A stretch of 64,000 bases of DNA, from NCBI GenBank assembly GCA_036172245.1, contig JAYWIR010000003.1, forward strand, positions 2,232,001 to 2,296,000, given 5' to 3'. Of the stretch, positions 12,262 through 26,099 are shown in pieces (positions within the stretch are counted from its first letter, which is position 1; each line of letters starts with the position of its first letter). The position numbers were made by a program, and so were the translations under genes. The notes under the pieces were generated by a model, which was not told the origin of the DNA, did not search any database, and saw nothing but the letters and a program-made list of their open reading frames with translations. This DNA is from Raillietiella orientalis. Its lineage: Eukaryota.

Positions 12262-12839
12262 TCGAGGGTGTGTGTGCCTCTTGAAGTTAGGGGACGGACC
12301 ACCTTATAAATCCAGGAAGGTTCCCGAGGAAACAGTCCGTTCCTTTTGCGTTTGGTAGGGAATTCTCCGCCCTGGTTGGCTCCGAAGGGGGCCCCAAAGG
12401 AAACCTCTTCGTTATCCTCTCCGGAAGGGTTCCGCGTAGGGGGTCACTCCATTATTCCTTCCCCGAAGGGAACCCGGAAAGAAACCGCTCCTGAATTTCT
12501 TCTCCGGAGGGACCCCCCGGGAAGGATCCGCTCCTTGTTACTTTTCTGAGAATCCCGAAGGGACGCGTCCGAATTTCTCTGAGAGGCGCTCCCCTAAGGA
12601 AACAGGACACTTCTTGACAATCGGAAGAGGCAACCTCTCTAGGGGTTATCGACCAGCTCCATAGTACGCCCAATGGAGGGCCCCCATAAGGAGGATGAAT
12701 GGCTCGCTTTTCACAACCGAAGGGGACCGGCTCCTTGGTTTCTGAAAGGACCCTGGAGGATCAACTTCCAATACCAGCTAGCCAACGGGGTTTCCGGCTT
12801 CCTCCAGTGCTGCACCCGAAGTCCGTAGGCCAACCAGCG
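12262..12839 (-). mobile_element. 5'-truncated copy of the same SINE-like repeat
   Basis: The reverse complement aligns by eye with 40595-41118. The + strand aligns with 19780-20268, for example AATCCAGGAA, TTTTCACAACCGAAGGGGA and AAGGACCCTGGAGG. Confidence 0.75.
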
Positions 12840-13532
12840 AAATCTTTGCTGGTTGGCCTACGGCTTTTGGGGGAGACCGAACCGGCACAGCGAAATCTTT
12901 GCTGTTCACAGGTTGATTGTGGATGAATCTTAAAAAAAATCTTTGCAGCTCAGCTGCCTTTGCTGAGTTGCTCTTCCTGCGTGCGTGATGGTTTCCTAAG
13001 AAATTTTAGGGTAGAATCGAATGCACACTGCATGAAATGCAGAGCTGGGAAATGGAGCATTTTTGCAGACGCGATCCTTTTTTCTGCAGATGGCAATGGG
13101 CACGCTTTCCTAGTCACCAACCGCTCCCAAGGGCGAGTTTCTTTCGCCTCTCATAGAGACGGAAGGAAGGAAACAGGACGATGAAAAACAACAACAAAAA
13201 AAGCGCTAAATCAGCTAAATATCTACCAATGGCATCAGCGTCTTCAAACGGCGTAGGCGATTCACGTGGAGAATCGGTCTCCCCCAAATAAATAGGCCCA
13301 CGCTGGCAGACGTCTGGCTGTGGCCTTCCCGCGCGTGGCACCAATCGTTGCAGGTTCGAATCCCCACGTGGAGGAACGACGCCGAGAAGTGGATGCACCG
13401 TGGGTTTCCGGTTCCCTACCCTGCAGGATGACGCTGGTTGGCCTACGGACTTCGGGTGCAGCACTGGAGGAAGCCGGAAACCCCGTTGGCTAGCTGGTAT
13501 TGGAAGTTGATCCTCCAGGGTCCTTTCAGAAA
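12739..13532. repeat. Perfect 101-bp inverted repeat (12739-12839 / 13432-13532)
   Basis: Base-by-base reverse-complement identity. The ORF track shows the same peptide SERTLEDQLPIPASQRGFRLPPVLHPKSVGQPA on both strands. Confidence 0.95.
13295..13532 (+). mobile_element. 5' part of the same SINE-like repeat (tRNA-like head)
   Basis: GGCCCACGCTGGCAGACGTCTGG start (A-box-like) and a perfect Pol III B-box GGTTCGAATCCC at 13353-13364. Collinear with 40471-40700. Confidence 0.72.
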
Positions 13533-13756
13533 AGTTTTCAGACTGCTGGACTTTTAAAGGACCCTTTTTCCATTTCATATGTAGGAACTCACCGGCATTT
13601 GGCTTTTCCCTGCACGGAATGGGGACGGTGATTTCGAATTCGAGAATGCACCCAGGAAGGCGCTTGAGTTGACCTCGGTTTCGAAGAATCGCACTCACGT
13701 GACCTGCGAAAGCGTACCGGTTTGAAAAGCGGGAAAAGAGCAAAGCCAAGATGGAG

Positions 13757-13978
13757 AACCAGGGAAGCAAAATTCACAGGCTGGAAAGGTTCTCGAGTGT
13801 TGCTGCTTGGAACAGTCCAGAAAATTTTTTTTTTTTTTTGTGTGTGTGTGTTTTTGCATTCCTTCTTTGCTTTACGACGTATGGGGTTCATCTGAACGGA
13901 AGTTCTATGAAAGATGCCCAGGAAAACTAAGAAAGCAAAAATCACAGGCTAGAAAGATTCCTGAATGCTACTGCTCAA
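13757..13978. repeat. Diverged ~50-bp direct duplication (~13757-13810 and ~13925-13978)
   Basis: AAGCAAAATTCACAGGCTGGAAAGGTTC versus AAGCAAAAATCACAGGCTAGAAAGATTC. The spacer holds a block (13870-13905) that is also present at 10407-10441. Confidence 0.75.
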
Positions 13979-16900
13979 AAAAAATCCATTTCTGGCTCTT
14001 TCACCACCCTGCTGGAAGTTGACTTGCTGCATGTGCCGCATTTCAGAGAGCCTTCACATGGTATAATTGCATTCCGCATGCGAAAAGGTGTTGGCAACCA
14101 TGGTAACTAACCTCTGCACGACCCTATGGAAGCAAATAGAAAGCAGAACGAAATAAACACTTTCCATCTGCCGTTTATTTGTACAGACGCTCCTGTAGAA
14201 AAAAAACTGACAAGCCAGGAACTTCCAAAGACTGAACTGAATTATTTGCAGAAGACTTTTCTCATAGGTTGAAAGTTCTTCTGCAGTTCCAATTTAGATA
14301 CTCTATCTATCGAGAAATGACAAAGGAAAAATGACTTCATATGGCGTGATGCCCTTCTTCAAAACAAGGTAGGTTAGAGTGGGGTTTCTTGCAGAAATTC
14401 ATCTTCGGTTGCGAATATAGGCGTTGAGTTCCTTCTCCCTTCCGCTGATGGAATGTTATGCATCAGTGATTTCAAGTAAATTCAAGGAAGACTTTAAAAA
14501 AAAGGAAAAATGATTTCCATACATCTCAGCTTGCACAAGGAATGAGGAAACGAATTCCGAGTCTTTTCTTCAAGTTGCTGCTTCCTAAGAAAGCGCAGCT
14601 CGCTCTCATATCGCGGATCTGTTTCTTCGTATGGCGTTTTATTCACAGAGCGCTTGCTCCAGATATGGCGGGAAAAAAACGCGCACAGGCACACACAGCA
14701 TCCTGCAGATGTGTTATTTTGATCGGCTGCATGCGCATTTACCCCAACCTTAAAGGCAACGTGAAGTGCTTTGGGTCCCTCGAGGAAAATTTCATCCCAC
14801 ACGGTAGGTGAGCAATCTGATCGCACGCAGGACACTTCCGACGGCAGCAAGGTCACGCATTAGCGCATGTGGAAACACAAATCGGACCTCAAACAACGAC
14901 TCCTTTTGAACTCTTCCCGACTGAGAAATTTACTTGCAGCACCCTGCATGATTTCTTGAAAGAATTCCCAACCCACTTCACACGAGTGGGAAATTCATGG
15001 GATGAATCGGAGTGAGTTCCTGATCGGGTCTCCTTCCTTCTCTAGGACACGCGTCTCTCTCATGAACACCAATTTTGAATTCTTAGCTCATCAGCTGAAG
15101 GAGAGTGAAATTCTTTCCTCCAGCATTCAGGTTCATGACGATGAGGTTGCGTCCTTAGCAAAAAGAATTCCTCGAGATGAACTTCGGACGCTTTCGGCAG
15201 GGGAATAGCAACATGTGGAAAAATGGTCAAGTCTTCTTCACGCCTTCACTGCAGGAGAATCACTGCAGCTGCCAACTTTCCAGAGCACGGCATGAAGCTA
15301 TCTCCTCCTTCCGCTCCTGGAAAACGGGTCCAGAAGTTCCAATACTCCTTCCAGTCTTCAGAATGGCACTTGGCGATCTACAAAACCAAACCCTTGCTAT
15401 GCACTTCCAGACGGTTCATTCCTCTGAGATTCGATGGTTTTTCAGGCTTCAGGTCTCCTTCAGAACTAGGGTAAGATGCTTTCAGCGATGAACACTAAAA
15501 CCTTGGAAGTTGGTCCAGCAAGGTTTTTGAGCAACGAGTCAAAGACTGAGCAGCAGGAAAGGAAAAGAAACAAGGCACTCTCAACTGTTACTTTTTTCTG
15601 CTGAACGAAGAGTTAATCAGCCTCCTCATCTATGATAACCTGGAACAACTTTCCATAAATCTCTTTTGATGATGATCACAGCCCTATTCTGGCTTCAAAA
15701 CTCAAGAGTGTATTGATACACCCAATGCTGCACATTTGATTTTTAAACGAAAGCTCAAAGTCCCGAAGGATTCGTAACCATCCCTAACTACCGATGGGTA
15801 CCAAATGGTTTTCTCCAGCCTTTCTCTGGTGGATGTTGACAGTATCTTTCCTCCCTTTCATCCTTGTTTAAAAAACAAAAACCCAAAAAAACTCCGATTG
15901 GAACCAAAGAACGAGAATAAAAAGAACTAAATGTTTTCATTTCCTGGAGCTGCACGCCCCATGAATCTGATGAAAGCATCCGGTTCCCTTCAACCACACA
16001 TCGGATTTCTGGCTTCATCTTTCATCCTCAGGAAGCTCTAGAATGCAGATATAATCCCCACGCAATCAGACAGTCTTACAGCTCACAGTAATTATGACCA
16101 TAGCTCGATAAATCGGTTTACCATGGTACATTTCGACACGAGTCACTTTTCCGTGACATGACTTACGATAACGTACAGTATTGGTTGCCGAATCAGGACT
16201 CCGCAGCATCCGAATTCGAGCAAAGATTCCAACTCTCCCATCTGGAACCAGCAGTGACCTTGCAACGCGCCACTTTGTGCATCAGCCATTTCAAAACCAG
16301 CCACGCCGACCTCAAAGCAGGAGGAGTTTCCTTTAGAACCAGCAAACCACAGGTCTCTCGAATCACAAAAGGAGGTTCTCGTTTTCTTCTCAGCACGAAA
16401 TTTGGCAGTGGTTTGTGTTCCCCTTGAGATTCCTGGTGCCTATGGAGATTCATGAGATTGTGACCTAATAATAGCCCAAGGAATGCAACGTGCACCGGTA
16501 TTTCTTGCGGATTGCCAGCATCATTACCACCTTTCGGAGGTATTAATCTATCATCAGGATCCCACGGCTCCTACGAGCGAAATTCGTTGCCGGATAATTG
16601 TGCCATGTGACGTGTGCGACGTGTAAGTGATAATCAAAGAATGTTGAAAATTCTGCGCCATCCCATATACCTATGTTCTTCAGGAACCCCAGAGAAACTG
16701 GCCGTCTATACTCACTGAATTTAATATTCGGCTCGTCATTCCAGCAATAAGCAATGAACACTGAAGTCCTATTTCAGTGCAAAGGCTTCATCAGCATTTG
16801 GCATGTTGTGGACGTCACATTCTTTCTCGCAAATGCACCTTCATTCATCCGAAGTTCCTTTTCCTATTCATTGAAAAAATTATTCACATTAGTGATTCTT

Positions 16901-19772
16901 AGCTTAAATAGTAATAAAGAAAAAAAAACGATGCATAATCAAGTATATACTCACGTAGAACATTCATGAATGTTTCTGGCCAATAAGAAACATTCATAAT
17001 AAGCAGAATTTCCTCGTAATCCCCAGTTCCAATTATCTTTGCATGATGCTGCAAGAAGTACCACTATGCATCATGTCATAAAGACGAATGCAAGATCGCG
17101 TGTAAAAGTCTCCACGCAAAAACGTAAGATAATAAAATTTAAAATGCGTCCACTTCTGATGTATTGGTTAATCATGTATCAATCGAGGAACCCACTCCAT
17201 CATAAACAAAAAGGGTCCAGATCAACTGATCCCCGCTCACTTTTGTTTTTGGGAAATGATTCTCAAGGAAATCCCAGTTATGAGGGAAATGCTTTAAAGT
17301 ACAACCTTTGTTCAAGTATCCTGTTCTAAAAGCTTTTCTAAAGTACTTACTTTACTTGGCTTTCCAAGTCATTCTCATGAATTCATTACTTTTCTATTTA
17401 TTCCCATAGCAAACAGTACAATTTATAAATCATGGTCGCTCAAAAAGGTACTTTTTGCAAAAGAATTCTGACTGCATTTCTGTTGACCCTTCCTATATTA
17501 TAGGACGCTTATTAAAATTCCCTGCGTTCATGGCACTCATGAGTCGAGGCACACAGGTGCCAATCCAGTACAGAAGGAATCCAGGATGAATTTTTATTGG
17601 ATTTGCTATGCAATGTTCGAGTGATGAAATGGATGTCAGTTCTTCAGATACACATACCGTGAGCTTCGTGAGTGCCACCTTGGGTGAATTTCTCTTGCCT
17701 GCTAGAAGGAGCCAGCTTTAGCCTGAAAACAGAACTCAAACACATTAGTTGATGAGTGCCCTCTTTTCCATGCTGACCATTCATGGGAGCCACCCAACAT
17801 TTTCCTAGTCCTGCTTAGCTCTATGATCTTCACCTTCCTCATGCTTCAGCTGGTGTACCAAGATCTCAGTCAAGGGGACCGAACATTCAGGAACATCTGT
17901 TAAAACGTGGAAATGAAACATCCTATTCGTGGGAGGGCTTTAGAAATGGAAAATCATGAGTTACTGCGTTCTTACACCTAAAGTGTCCTTGAAGATTTTC
18001 TAAAAAAAAAAATGCATACTGCTTCCACAAAAACATGGCGGAAGGATTTGTGACTGAGAAAGGAGAATTGGATCAGGAGGTAATTGGAAGTAAACATCCT
18101 GTATCTGATTTGCTGCATACTTTGAGCGGAAACAGCAATGCTGAGGAAATAATAGTATTTGAAGGGATGGGTGCTGTGGGATGAAAAGCACCTATCTCTG
18201 TGACCTATGACAGGGAAGACTTTCTAAAAGTTATAGGATGAAGAAAAAAATGAGAATAAAACGTTTTTCTTTTCAATGTAAGCACTTCACGATGATAACC
18301 ATGATGACACTTGCAGACTCAGTGGGTTACAATAACATGTGCTATTGCTGTTGGGCATTCTAGAAAAAAAAAAAAAAATAGAGATTCATTAGAAGGCCTC
18401 ATTTTAGTAAACCACGTGTGAGAAATCCTTTGAATTTTCAAGGAATCAGGGTTCAAAGATGTTTTCTTCACGATTCGACATTTGGTGTTTTTTCCAGAAG
18501 TAGTGCGCCTCAAGCGAAACGAACATGGCTAGGTTGGGGTTAGGTCAGGTTATGCGTTTTCTATCCATACTTGTTGCTTTACGAGTTGATGAGTTATGGA
18601 GCCGCAGGGGAAGTGTGCAGTCGGCTGTCGCTTTCGAAAGAATCAAGTAATCTTTGAGGATGGCAGGTTTTCAGGATTCCATCATTCTCACTGTTGCAGA
18701 GTTGGAAAGGGAGCACTTGAAATTTTTCGAATCAAAGAAGTTCGCTTATTTCTTCACTTCTGGAACGAGGCAAAGAGGGCATGCAAACAGAAAGTGCTCA
18801 AAGAGTTCACACATTTGATGAGTAAATGACTGGCTTTGTGTTTGCAAGAAAAACAAAAAAAATGAATGTGGTTTCTGCTCGTGGTCACGCCGGAATACAC
18901 ATGGCAGCAGCGTTTCTTTTTGATTCTTTGGCGCTGTGGTTGATCACTGCATCTTTGCTGCAATGAGAAATTCTGCTTATCTCCTTCAGAGTGCAGCTAT
19001 CATGAAATCAGCAAGCTGATGCGCAGATGCTGACCGGAATGTTCTGGATAGCTTTCTTTGTTTTTAGTAGTGACCATCATGGAAGCACTCATTTAGGCTT
19101 CCACTGATTTGTCACCAGCAATACCCTTGAAATCGGCGCCCCCCGGCTGCATGGAAACTTTAACAACAACGGTACAAAAGAGGATGCTAACATCAGTGCC
19201 AAGCATGCACTAGGAATCAAGTTGCAGTGAAGCTGTATGCAAGAAACGCATATTCAGAGACCACATTCATTTTCACAGAAACCACCATCATCCAGCCACG
19301 AGCAGAGTAGAGAAACTGAACAAATCGGATTCGGACATGCTGGAGGAAGGTAGCGAATTTAAAGAATTCGTAGCCTAAGAATGGACCGGTGCAGATGACA
19401 ACGATAGTGACGATGATGTTCTGGAAGACAATTGGGATGATGACAGTGTTAAAGATGATTCTTCATTACAGTTCAGAGCTGAACTTGAGGCACAAGGTCG
19501 TGCTTCAACAGAAGAATAGTAGACACACCATGGTCTCACATCTGTCTCCATAAATTTGCAATACAAAGAAAAAAAAAGGAGGGCACTTGCTCGCTGAGGA
19601 ACTTGCCTGAGGCATGCCTGCTGGTAGATGGAACTTCATCGCGTCGTTCCTGGTGTAGCTGCAAAGAGGAAAGACCAATGCCGAAACGACGGCCGGTAAG
19701 ATGGTGTAGCGCAAAAAGATGTTCCATTTGTCTCGAAAAAAGCGTAGTTTCCGAATGCTTGCTAGCTACTGA

Positions 19773-20268
19773 CCACGTCACCCGAGGGTGCGCCTAACTC
19801 TTCAGCTTGTAGGGGATACCCCATGAATCCAGGAAAGGATCCGGAGGAAGGAGTCCGTTGCTCTTATGCTTGGGAGGGAACCCTGAAGGAGAATTCTTTA
19901 TAATTCTCTCCGGAAGTGTCCCTCGGAAATATCCACCGGAAGGGTCATCGAAGGTCATTTCTTCTCCAGAAAGGCTCACCGGAAAGGCTCTGCTCCTTGT
20001 TCCCTCCTGTGAAGAGAACCTCGAAGGAACGCTTCCCAGTTTCCTCAAAGGGAGTTCCCCGAAGGCAGTAGCGCGCTTCTTAACACTCCGGAGAGGCGAC
20101 CACCCCAAGAGAGTGCTGGCCAGCTCTATGATACGCGATGGAGGGTTCCCCATACGGGGATCCGTCGCATCCATTTTCACAACCGAAGGGGATCTTCTAA
20201 GGGAGCCTGCTCCTTGGTTCCTGCAAGGACCCTGGAGGGTCACTTCCAATCCTGACCAGTCAGCGCGG
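19773..20268 (-). mobile_element. 5'-truncated copy of the same SINE-like repeat
   Basis: Same blocks as 12262-12790. On the minus strand it ends CTGAAGAG...CACCCTCGGGTGACGTGG, matching CACCCTCGGGTGGCGTGG at 41110-41127. Confidence 0.75.
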
Positions 20269-23200
20269 GCATGCTACAGAAACGTGGATGTTCTGTCCTT
20301 GTCCTACTTTTCCTGATCCTTGCAAAATAATGCCCATGGAATCTTTTATTGGGAAAACGAGGGCAGTTGCAAGAAGTTGCCTAACTGAGCTTCTGCAAAT
20401 ATATCAGATTTTCTGTCCTCCTTTCCGGAAACGTGTCTAAACGCACCAGTTAGAGGAGATGGTCCACATCCGAAGAGTTTGCATCTTCAAGAGGTAGGAA
20501 TTGCATCTGATCAGAGTTACGATTGACATCTGATCTTACATCTGATCGAGTCCGCACTGTGCTCGCTGCGTTTCGAAGAAGGTCCCATGTTATTACGACT
20601 GCTTTAAAGGTCGGAGTTTTCTTGCAACCTTTTCCTTCTTAACGACTCGAGGAAGTGACAAGTTGGAACCGAATTAAGTAATTAAAGTAACCGCGCTCGG
20701 AAAGAGCCGAACAGTTGCACATTCTAAGAATCTCGAGTCGAGTAACAAGGAATTAGCAAGTGATGCCTATTCTCATAAACGGAAGTTGTGCACCATCATG
20801 GGCCCCCATTGGCGATGAGCCAGCCATCTCCCTATATTCCACATGCATTGTGTAAACGGTCCGGATAGCACCTTTAATAAAATGCAGTCATCAAGCCTTT
20901 GCTATCAGTCCCACTGACAAGGGCTGAAAGTTCTCATTCGCATGCTGCTCCCTGACACCGCGAAAGTTTGTGAAAGTCTTCGGGAACCACGTGCCCTTTA
21001 TAAAGGATGCTTTCTACCACGAGCTTTCTCCTACTCCCTGATAAACCGAAAGAAGAAAAACCTTTTTACCTTAATCCTCTGTTTTCACCAGCACCGGTGA
21101 CGCGTGGATTCTCCCAGCAGGAAAGGGAGAAGGGATTCCGGAGGAAGATAAATTGAAGAAAGGAAGAGTACCAGGTTCCTGCAAATTCGCTCAGCTTCCA
21201 GCTAAACTGCTGTACATTTTGCGGCGTGAGTATTCTGCCACAGACAGTGCAGCAGATAAATTTACTATTCAAAACATGAATTATGCAGATCCACCCACTC
21301 GTGTATCTGTTGCATCAAATAAATGCTAGCAAATTCGAGGATTTTTCCTCCGAATTATGAGAGTGGTTTAATTTGTTTCCCATTATGAGTGAAAAAAGGG
21401 CTGAAAAATGGTACGAGACGAGTAGCCTGGCCTGTAAATGTTAGGCTTCATCTTAGCCGCATACCCTAAGCCGGAAGAAAAAAATAAAAATAAAAACTAA
21501 ATTCAAGCATTTATTTTCACAGCGAATAATTTCTGCAGAAATGGCAATTTCAAAAGCACACTTTACAGTATTAGTTCCGCGCCACCCAACGGTCCAGATG
21601 GTAGGGTGGCTGCAGCGTTGCGGCCGGCGTATGGAAGAGCCGACCTCTCCCCTCTTCCAGATGTGCCTCCCTCATAGATCAGCCACGCGGCCTGGTGTTT
21701 GGAGAACACATCGCCACGAAACATCCAGGCACGAGCATCAGTGGGATTCCCGTACTCTGGTGTGCACATTCTCGATCCGTAATTCCGTTGCTGCACCCAT
21801 AGGAATACCAAAGCTTTAAAGGAGTACATGCTGATTTTTTATAGATCATGGGCGCTGGATCTCTCTTTATTCTTTTTTTATTTCGGGGGGCTTTGGACGC
21901 TCCTCTGCGCGCAACGGTCCACGAATGGAAGCGCAGAAAGGTTTTCCGTCTTACTCGTTTCATCATTGCGGATGCTTTCATCACGTCTTGAACTTGCAGA
22001 CAGAATTCTCGCAGGGAACGCCAAGCCTTATTTCGAATAGCGTCACCTCAGCTCGCATCTCGCCATCCTTCAGCGTAAGTATTATTTTGTCACGCGTTCT
22101 GGCTGGAAATTCATCCCATCGTAATGCACTCACGATTTGAAAGCCAAATAAGTACTTCTAATTAAACTACAAGTACTGATTTATGCGAATTTTTGAACTC
22201 GGTTTGGCTAGCCTTTTGGTTCTTTCCCGAGAAGAGAAACTCACTCAGCTGAGGCTGTCGTTATGTGAGGCGTCTTTCAAATAGCTGCTGCTGGAGCGTT
22301 CTCAGCCAAAAATGTCCCCACTGATGGAAACGCTCCATCCCATTCTCCGCTATCCGGAGTTTCAAACTAGTTCTGCTGATTGCCATTTTAGCAGTTCCGG
22401 GGATCATTGCAAATGCAAAGGTGTCCTGCTGCATTTCGACGAAGGCTCCAATCGGAGTAAACGAATGTCCTTTTCCTGATGAAAAGTGGAAGAGCGAGAT
22501 CGGCTTTCGGATTTTCTCAGGTGTTCAGATGCAGGACTGAGCGGCGCAGAGACGCCGGGAAGCTGCAGCTTAAGGTGGTTGCCTCCGCACACGCTGCACG
22601 CGGAATGCGCTCTTCCGTACCAGAATAAACCCGAGATTAATCTCCACTGGCAGATGTAAAAGGTGTCCCTGTCAAGAGGCATCTTCCGCAGTTGCCCTAA
22701 ATCATCGAAATTTGGGCCATGCATCTGGTTATTTGCTGAAAGGGTGAAGATGCAAAAGTTTTCAGCGGCACGGGAACGATGTTGGCTGGCCTTTCGGGCG
22801 TGAATTCTGTGGAATCTCAGTTCGATCCAGTTGGCTGAAATTAACAGTCGTTATTTGAAGATAAACAGTAATTTACGGTAACTGTAACGAATGGTACACG
22901 AGGAACCATTCTACTATTCACGCATTAGTTTTCACTAACGTGTGAACAGCGGAACGATTTTTCAGCAAAGACACGTCTGCGCTGGACCAGTTTGATCTCG
23001 ACGTTCGCTTTACGACTCTGCTGTACGGATGCAAACTGTACTTGTTCTGGACGACTCTATGAAGTAGGGTCGCAAACGACCCGCGCTATATTTGGCAATG
23101 TCAGTGGAGAGCGGAGGACAGAACCACACAGAAAGACATCCAGTTGTTTCCTATACGGCTTTTCCCCATAGGGGCAATCTGAAAGATTCTGGGATACATT

Positions 23201-24039
23201 TGTGCATTATGCTGCTCCGCATACATATGCACGAAGAAGCATTCTCGGCCACATTTTTGCTTTGCTTTGCTTTCCGGTCACATGCAAATCACTGAAGGAA
23301 TTTGATCCGTAGGGTGATGGAAAACTGGTACAGCTCGGAGTTGGAAGCTGCCTGAAATTTTCTTGGCTCGAGAATGGTCTCCGCTTCTGTGCTCACATCT
23401 ACGATTTTTGTGACAGAGATGTAATCCCCTGAATTTTATTTCTACATCCCAGAAATATTCGGCAACCACGGAAATGTGACAGTTCGGTGGAATTTTCGAG
23501 ATGGAAAAATTGCTGCGGTGTTTCCAGGATGAGTTTTCGGGATAGGGGCAAATCAGAGGCATCCTGAGTTTCGCCTTCGGCATGGTCTCATTGAGAGGAA
23601 GCAGCATGACCAAACGGATGGCCATCCGAGATTTGCTTGTGTACACATCGATGACGAAGAAAGTGTCCAAAAGTGATTCGACTTGACCTTGAGATGTGCT
23701 CGACTTTCCCTAATGCTTTTCGCGCTTTCCAGAATTTAGCAAACTCCTTTTCTAATAACATAGTGACTTATAATAGCTAGCTGATGGACATCATATTCAA
23801 GACTAGGACAATCCGATGATACTAATAAAGCCATGTCAAAGCATTCACCTTCAGGGCATGACGTCCCCGAATCGTGCAGATGGAAGGGACTTTTTGATGG
23901 TCTCGACCCAACTGCTCGGTCGCTCCGCTTGCACTTAATCTCTGGTCACACTCGAAGGTTGGTTTCGATTCCAAGATGCTGGGAAAAAATCTGCGATTTT
24001 TGAGAACCTTCAAAGAACGTAGAAACTTCTGGAACTCAG

Positions 24040-24800
24040 GGTTCTATACGTGATTTCGTCTTTAGACGCGTGGCAATGCAGGTTTTGGAACCACCGAATG
24101 TTTAATGAATATTCCTTGCAAGGAATCGTTAAAATGACGAGTCCTTTGAGAAGAGCAAATAGAAGCCATGACTACTTAAAAGTCACGAGACTTGCAATCG
24201 AGAAAAATAATTCTAAAACTACTAATTAAGAAAGGCTTGCATGTTCAGCTGAGGAGGACTAACTGAAGGAACAAATCGCAAAGAGCAACAGCTAAAAAGA
24301 AAAAAAAAAGGATTGAAAATTTCGGATATTTTTTGGAATACTGCTAGTAGCTGATCCGGCTGCTAGAGCAGGTATTTATCAAAAAGGTGGTACGTTTTCG
24401 ATGCACATGAAGCGAAATCTGTCTCCGGCATTCACCTCAATCAACTATTCAAATATGCAATAGAAACGCAAAAATGGAAGAGAGAGGAAATTGACCTTTT
24501 TCCAAGGTGCTCTGATGCTCAGCCACCAAAGACATTTCTTCACTTATCAGCCTAAAGGTGGGCGCAAAGAGCAGATGAGGCTGATAAGCTGAAAAGCAAG
24601 GTAATTAAGAAGACAGGCTACGCCAAAATTTCACCAGATGCTTTTTTGGACTGTGATGTAAAATCCCACCTAAGAGGTAAATCAAGAAAGCTTGCAAGTG
24701 CAGCTGCTGCAACACACTTTAGAAAGGCAACTTGCTTCCTACAAGGTGCATTTGCAGCAGCCACTTCATAGCCCATCCGATATTCCAAAGAATTAATAGA
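24040..24800 (+). mobile_element. Decayed CR1/L2-group LINE, 3' end of ORF2
   Basis: Ordered remnants DAWQCRF, FLEYC and RADEADKLKSKVIKKTGYAKISPDAFLDCDVKSHLRGKSRKL...FRK. These resemble the CR1-type C-terminus (W.M.FN; LEYC..W; R.DL...K...G....FF....RGH..KL...RK.FF). Confidence 0.5.
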
Positions 24801-26099
24801 TGAACCGTGAGCTCGGAATGTGGCTAAGATAATGGCACAGGTAGCAGACTGGGATGATAAAGCACCACGTTCTGCTTTCTAGATGGTGGCAGGACATGCA
24901 GACTGAGAGAACAGGGTGTGTTCCAAACGAAGAGTCAGGATGAAATTTCCCTTAATGGAGGAAAAAAGGTCGAAATAGATTTGGAAAGCATCCTCGTCAG
25001 TCGCAAAAAGCTCGATCCCAAAAAAAAGATCTGTCCAAAATTCGTTTTTTCCTATTCCATTTCTGGTGCGGATATTGGAAATTTACCGCTCGAAAATTGC
25101 GAAAGTCCGTGCGCAGAAGAAGCTCGTTCTCGAGATGTGGGGGAGTTTCCAGCTTCTTTTCGAAGCTGAAGAGATAGAGGGAAGATTTCGCCCTGCCTCA
25201 CAAGAGGCGTCGATGCTTCCACTATCGATTTAGAGCCGAGTCTGCTCGCAAGATCAAAGTCTGTTTGCCTAAACATCACTTCTTTGTGCTCCCTAGAAAG
25301 CACTGCTGTGGTCGATCTACAAGGAGGAAAGTTAATGTCTGATAGGTCCTTCGTTGATGACTCCTTCACCTTCCACTATGGGGCACGCTCAAAGGTCTGA
25401 ATGTGGATCCACGAATGACTCCCCGCTGATATTTTCGAAGTAGCAGCGAACTCTTCAGTGCGTTGCAATTAATCGTCTAAAACACTACAAGTTTAAAAAG
25501 CGATTAATGGGCGAAATGGTGGTGCAGTGATGTGGAGAGACCATGGAAACCATCGAAATTCCTATCTTTCTGAGGAAGCAATTTCGTCGTTTGGATGCGC
25601 ATTGAGGAGAAATTTGCGCAGTTGAGCGTCAGATGCCCATTACAGAAAATTGATGAATCCACCCAGAGCAACAACAGCACGAGAAGCACTTGGAATAAGT
25701 GCAAATTCTTCAGATTTCAAGTCCATTCCAGGTATTCCTCCACTGTCGTCACTCTTAAGTCTTCATCATTTGGTGTCGGCTCTAATGCTGATGAATCCAT
25801 AAAAGCAAATCTTCAAGGCTACGAGGAGACAAGCCGTTTAGTGCTCATTATGGCGCCATTCTGGTATCTGCAGATGACTTGTCCGATCACGTAGCTAAAA
25901 ATGAAGATTAGTACGAGCCCTTGCTCTTGCAACAGGTAAACGAAATTCTCAAGTCAAAGAAGCTGGTATGCATTCAACCGATGGATCAAATCGAAGATTC
26001 TTTACTCACGAATGGGCTAAGCGGGTGTTAGAAATACTCCGACTTGCAAACAGCGTGAGGTACGAAGGACCATTTCATTTCGATGGAGGACAGCTTGTT

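Noticed and set aside
13295..13370. tRNA gene suggested by the GGTTCGAATCCC B-box
   Set aside because: I could not fold a cloverleaf, and the sequence continues as part of a longer dispersed repeat, so it is treated as a SINE head.
15050..15500. Possible hAT dimerization-domain remnant on the minus strand (CYSPAESVRSS)
   Set aside because: A single weak motif with no supporting upstream motifs.
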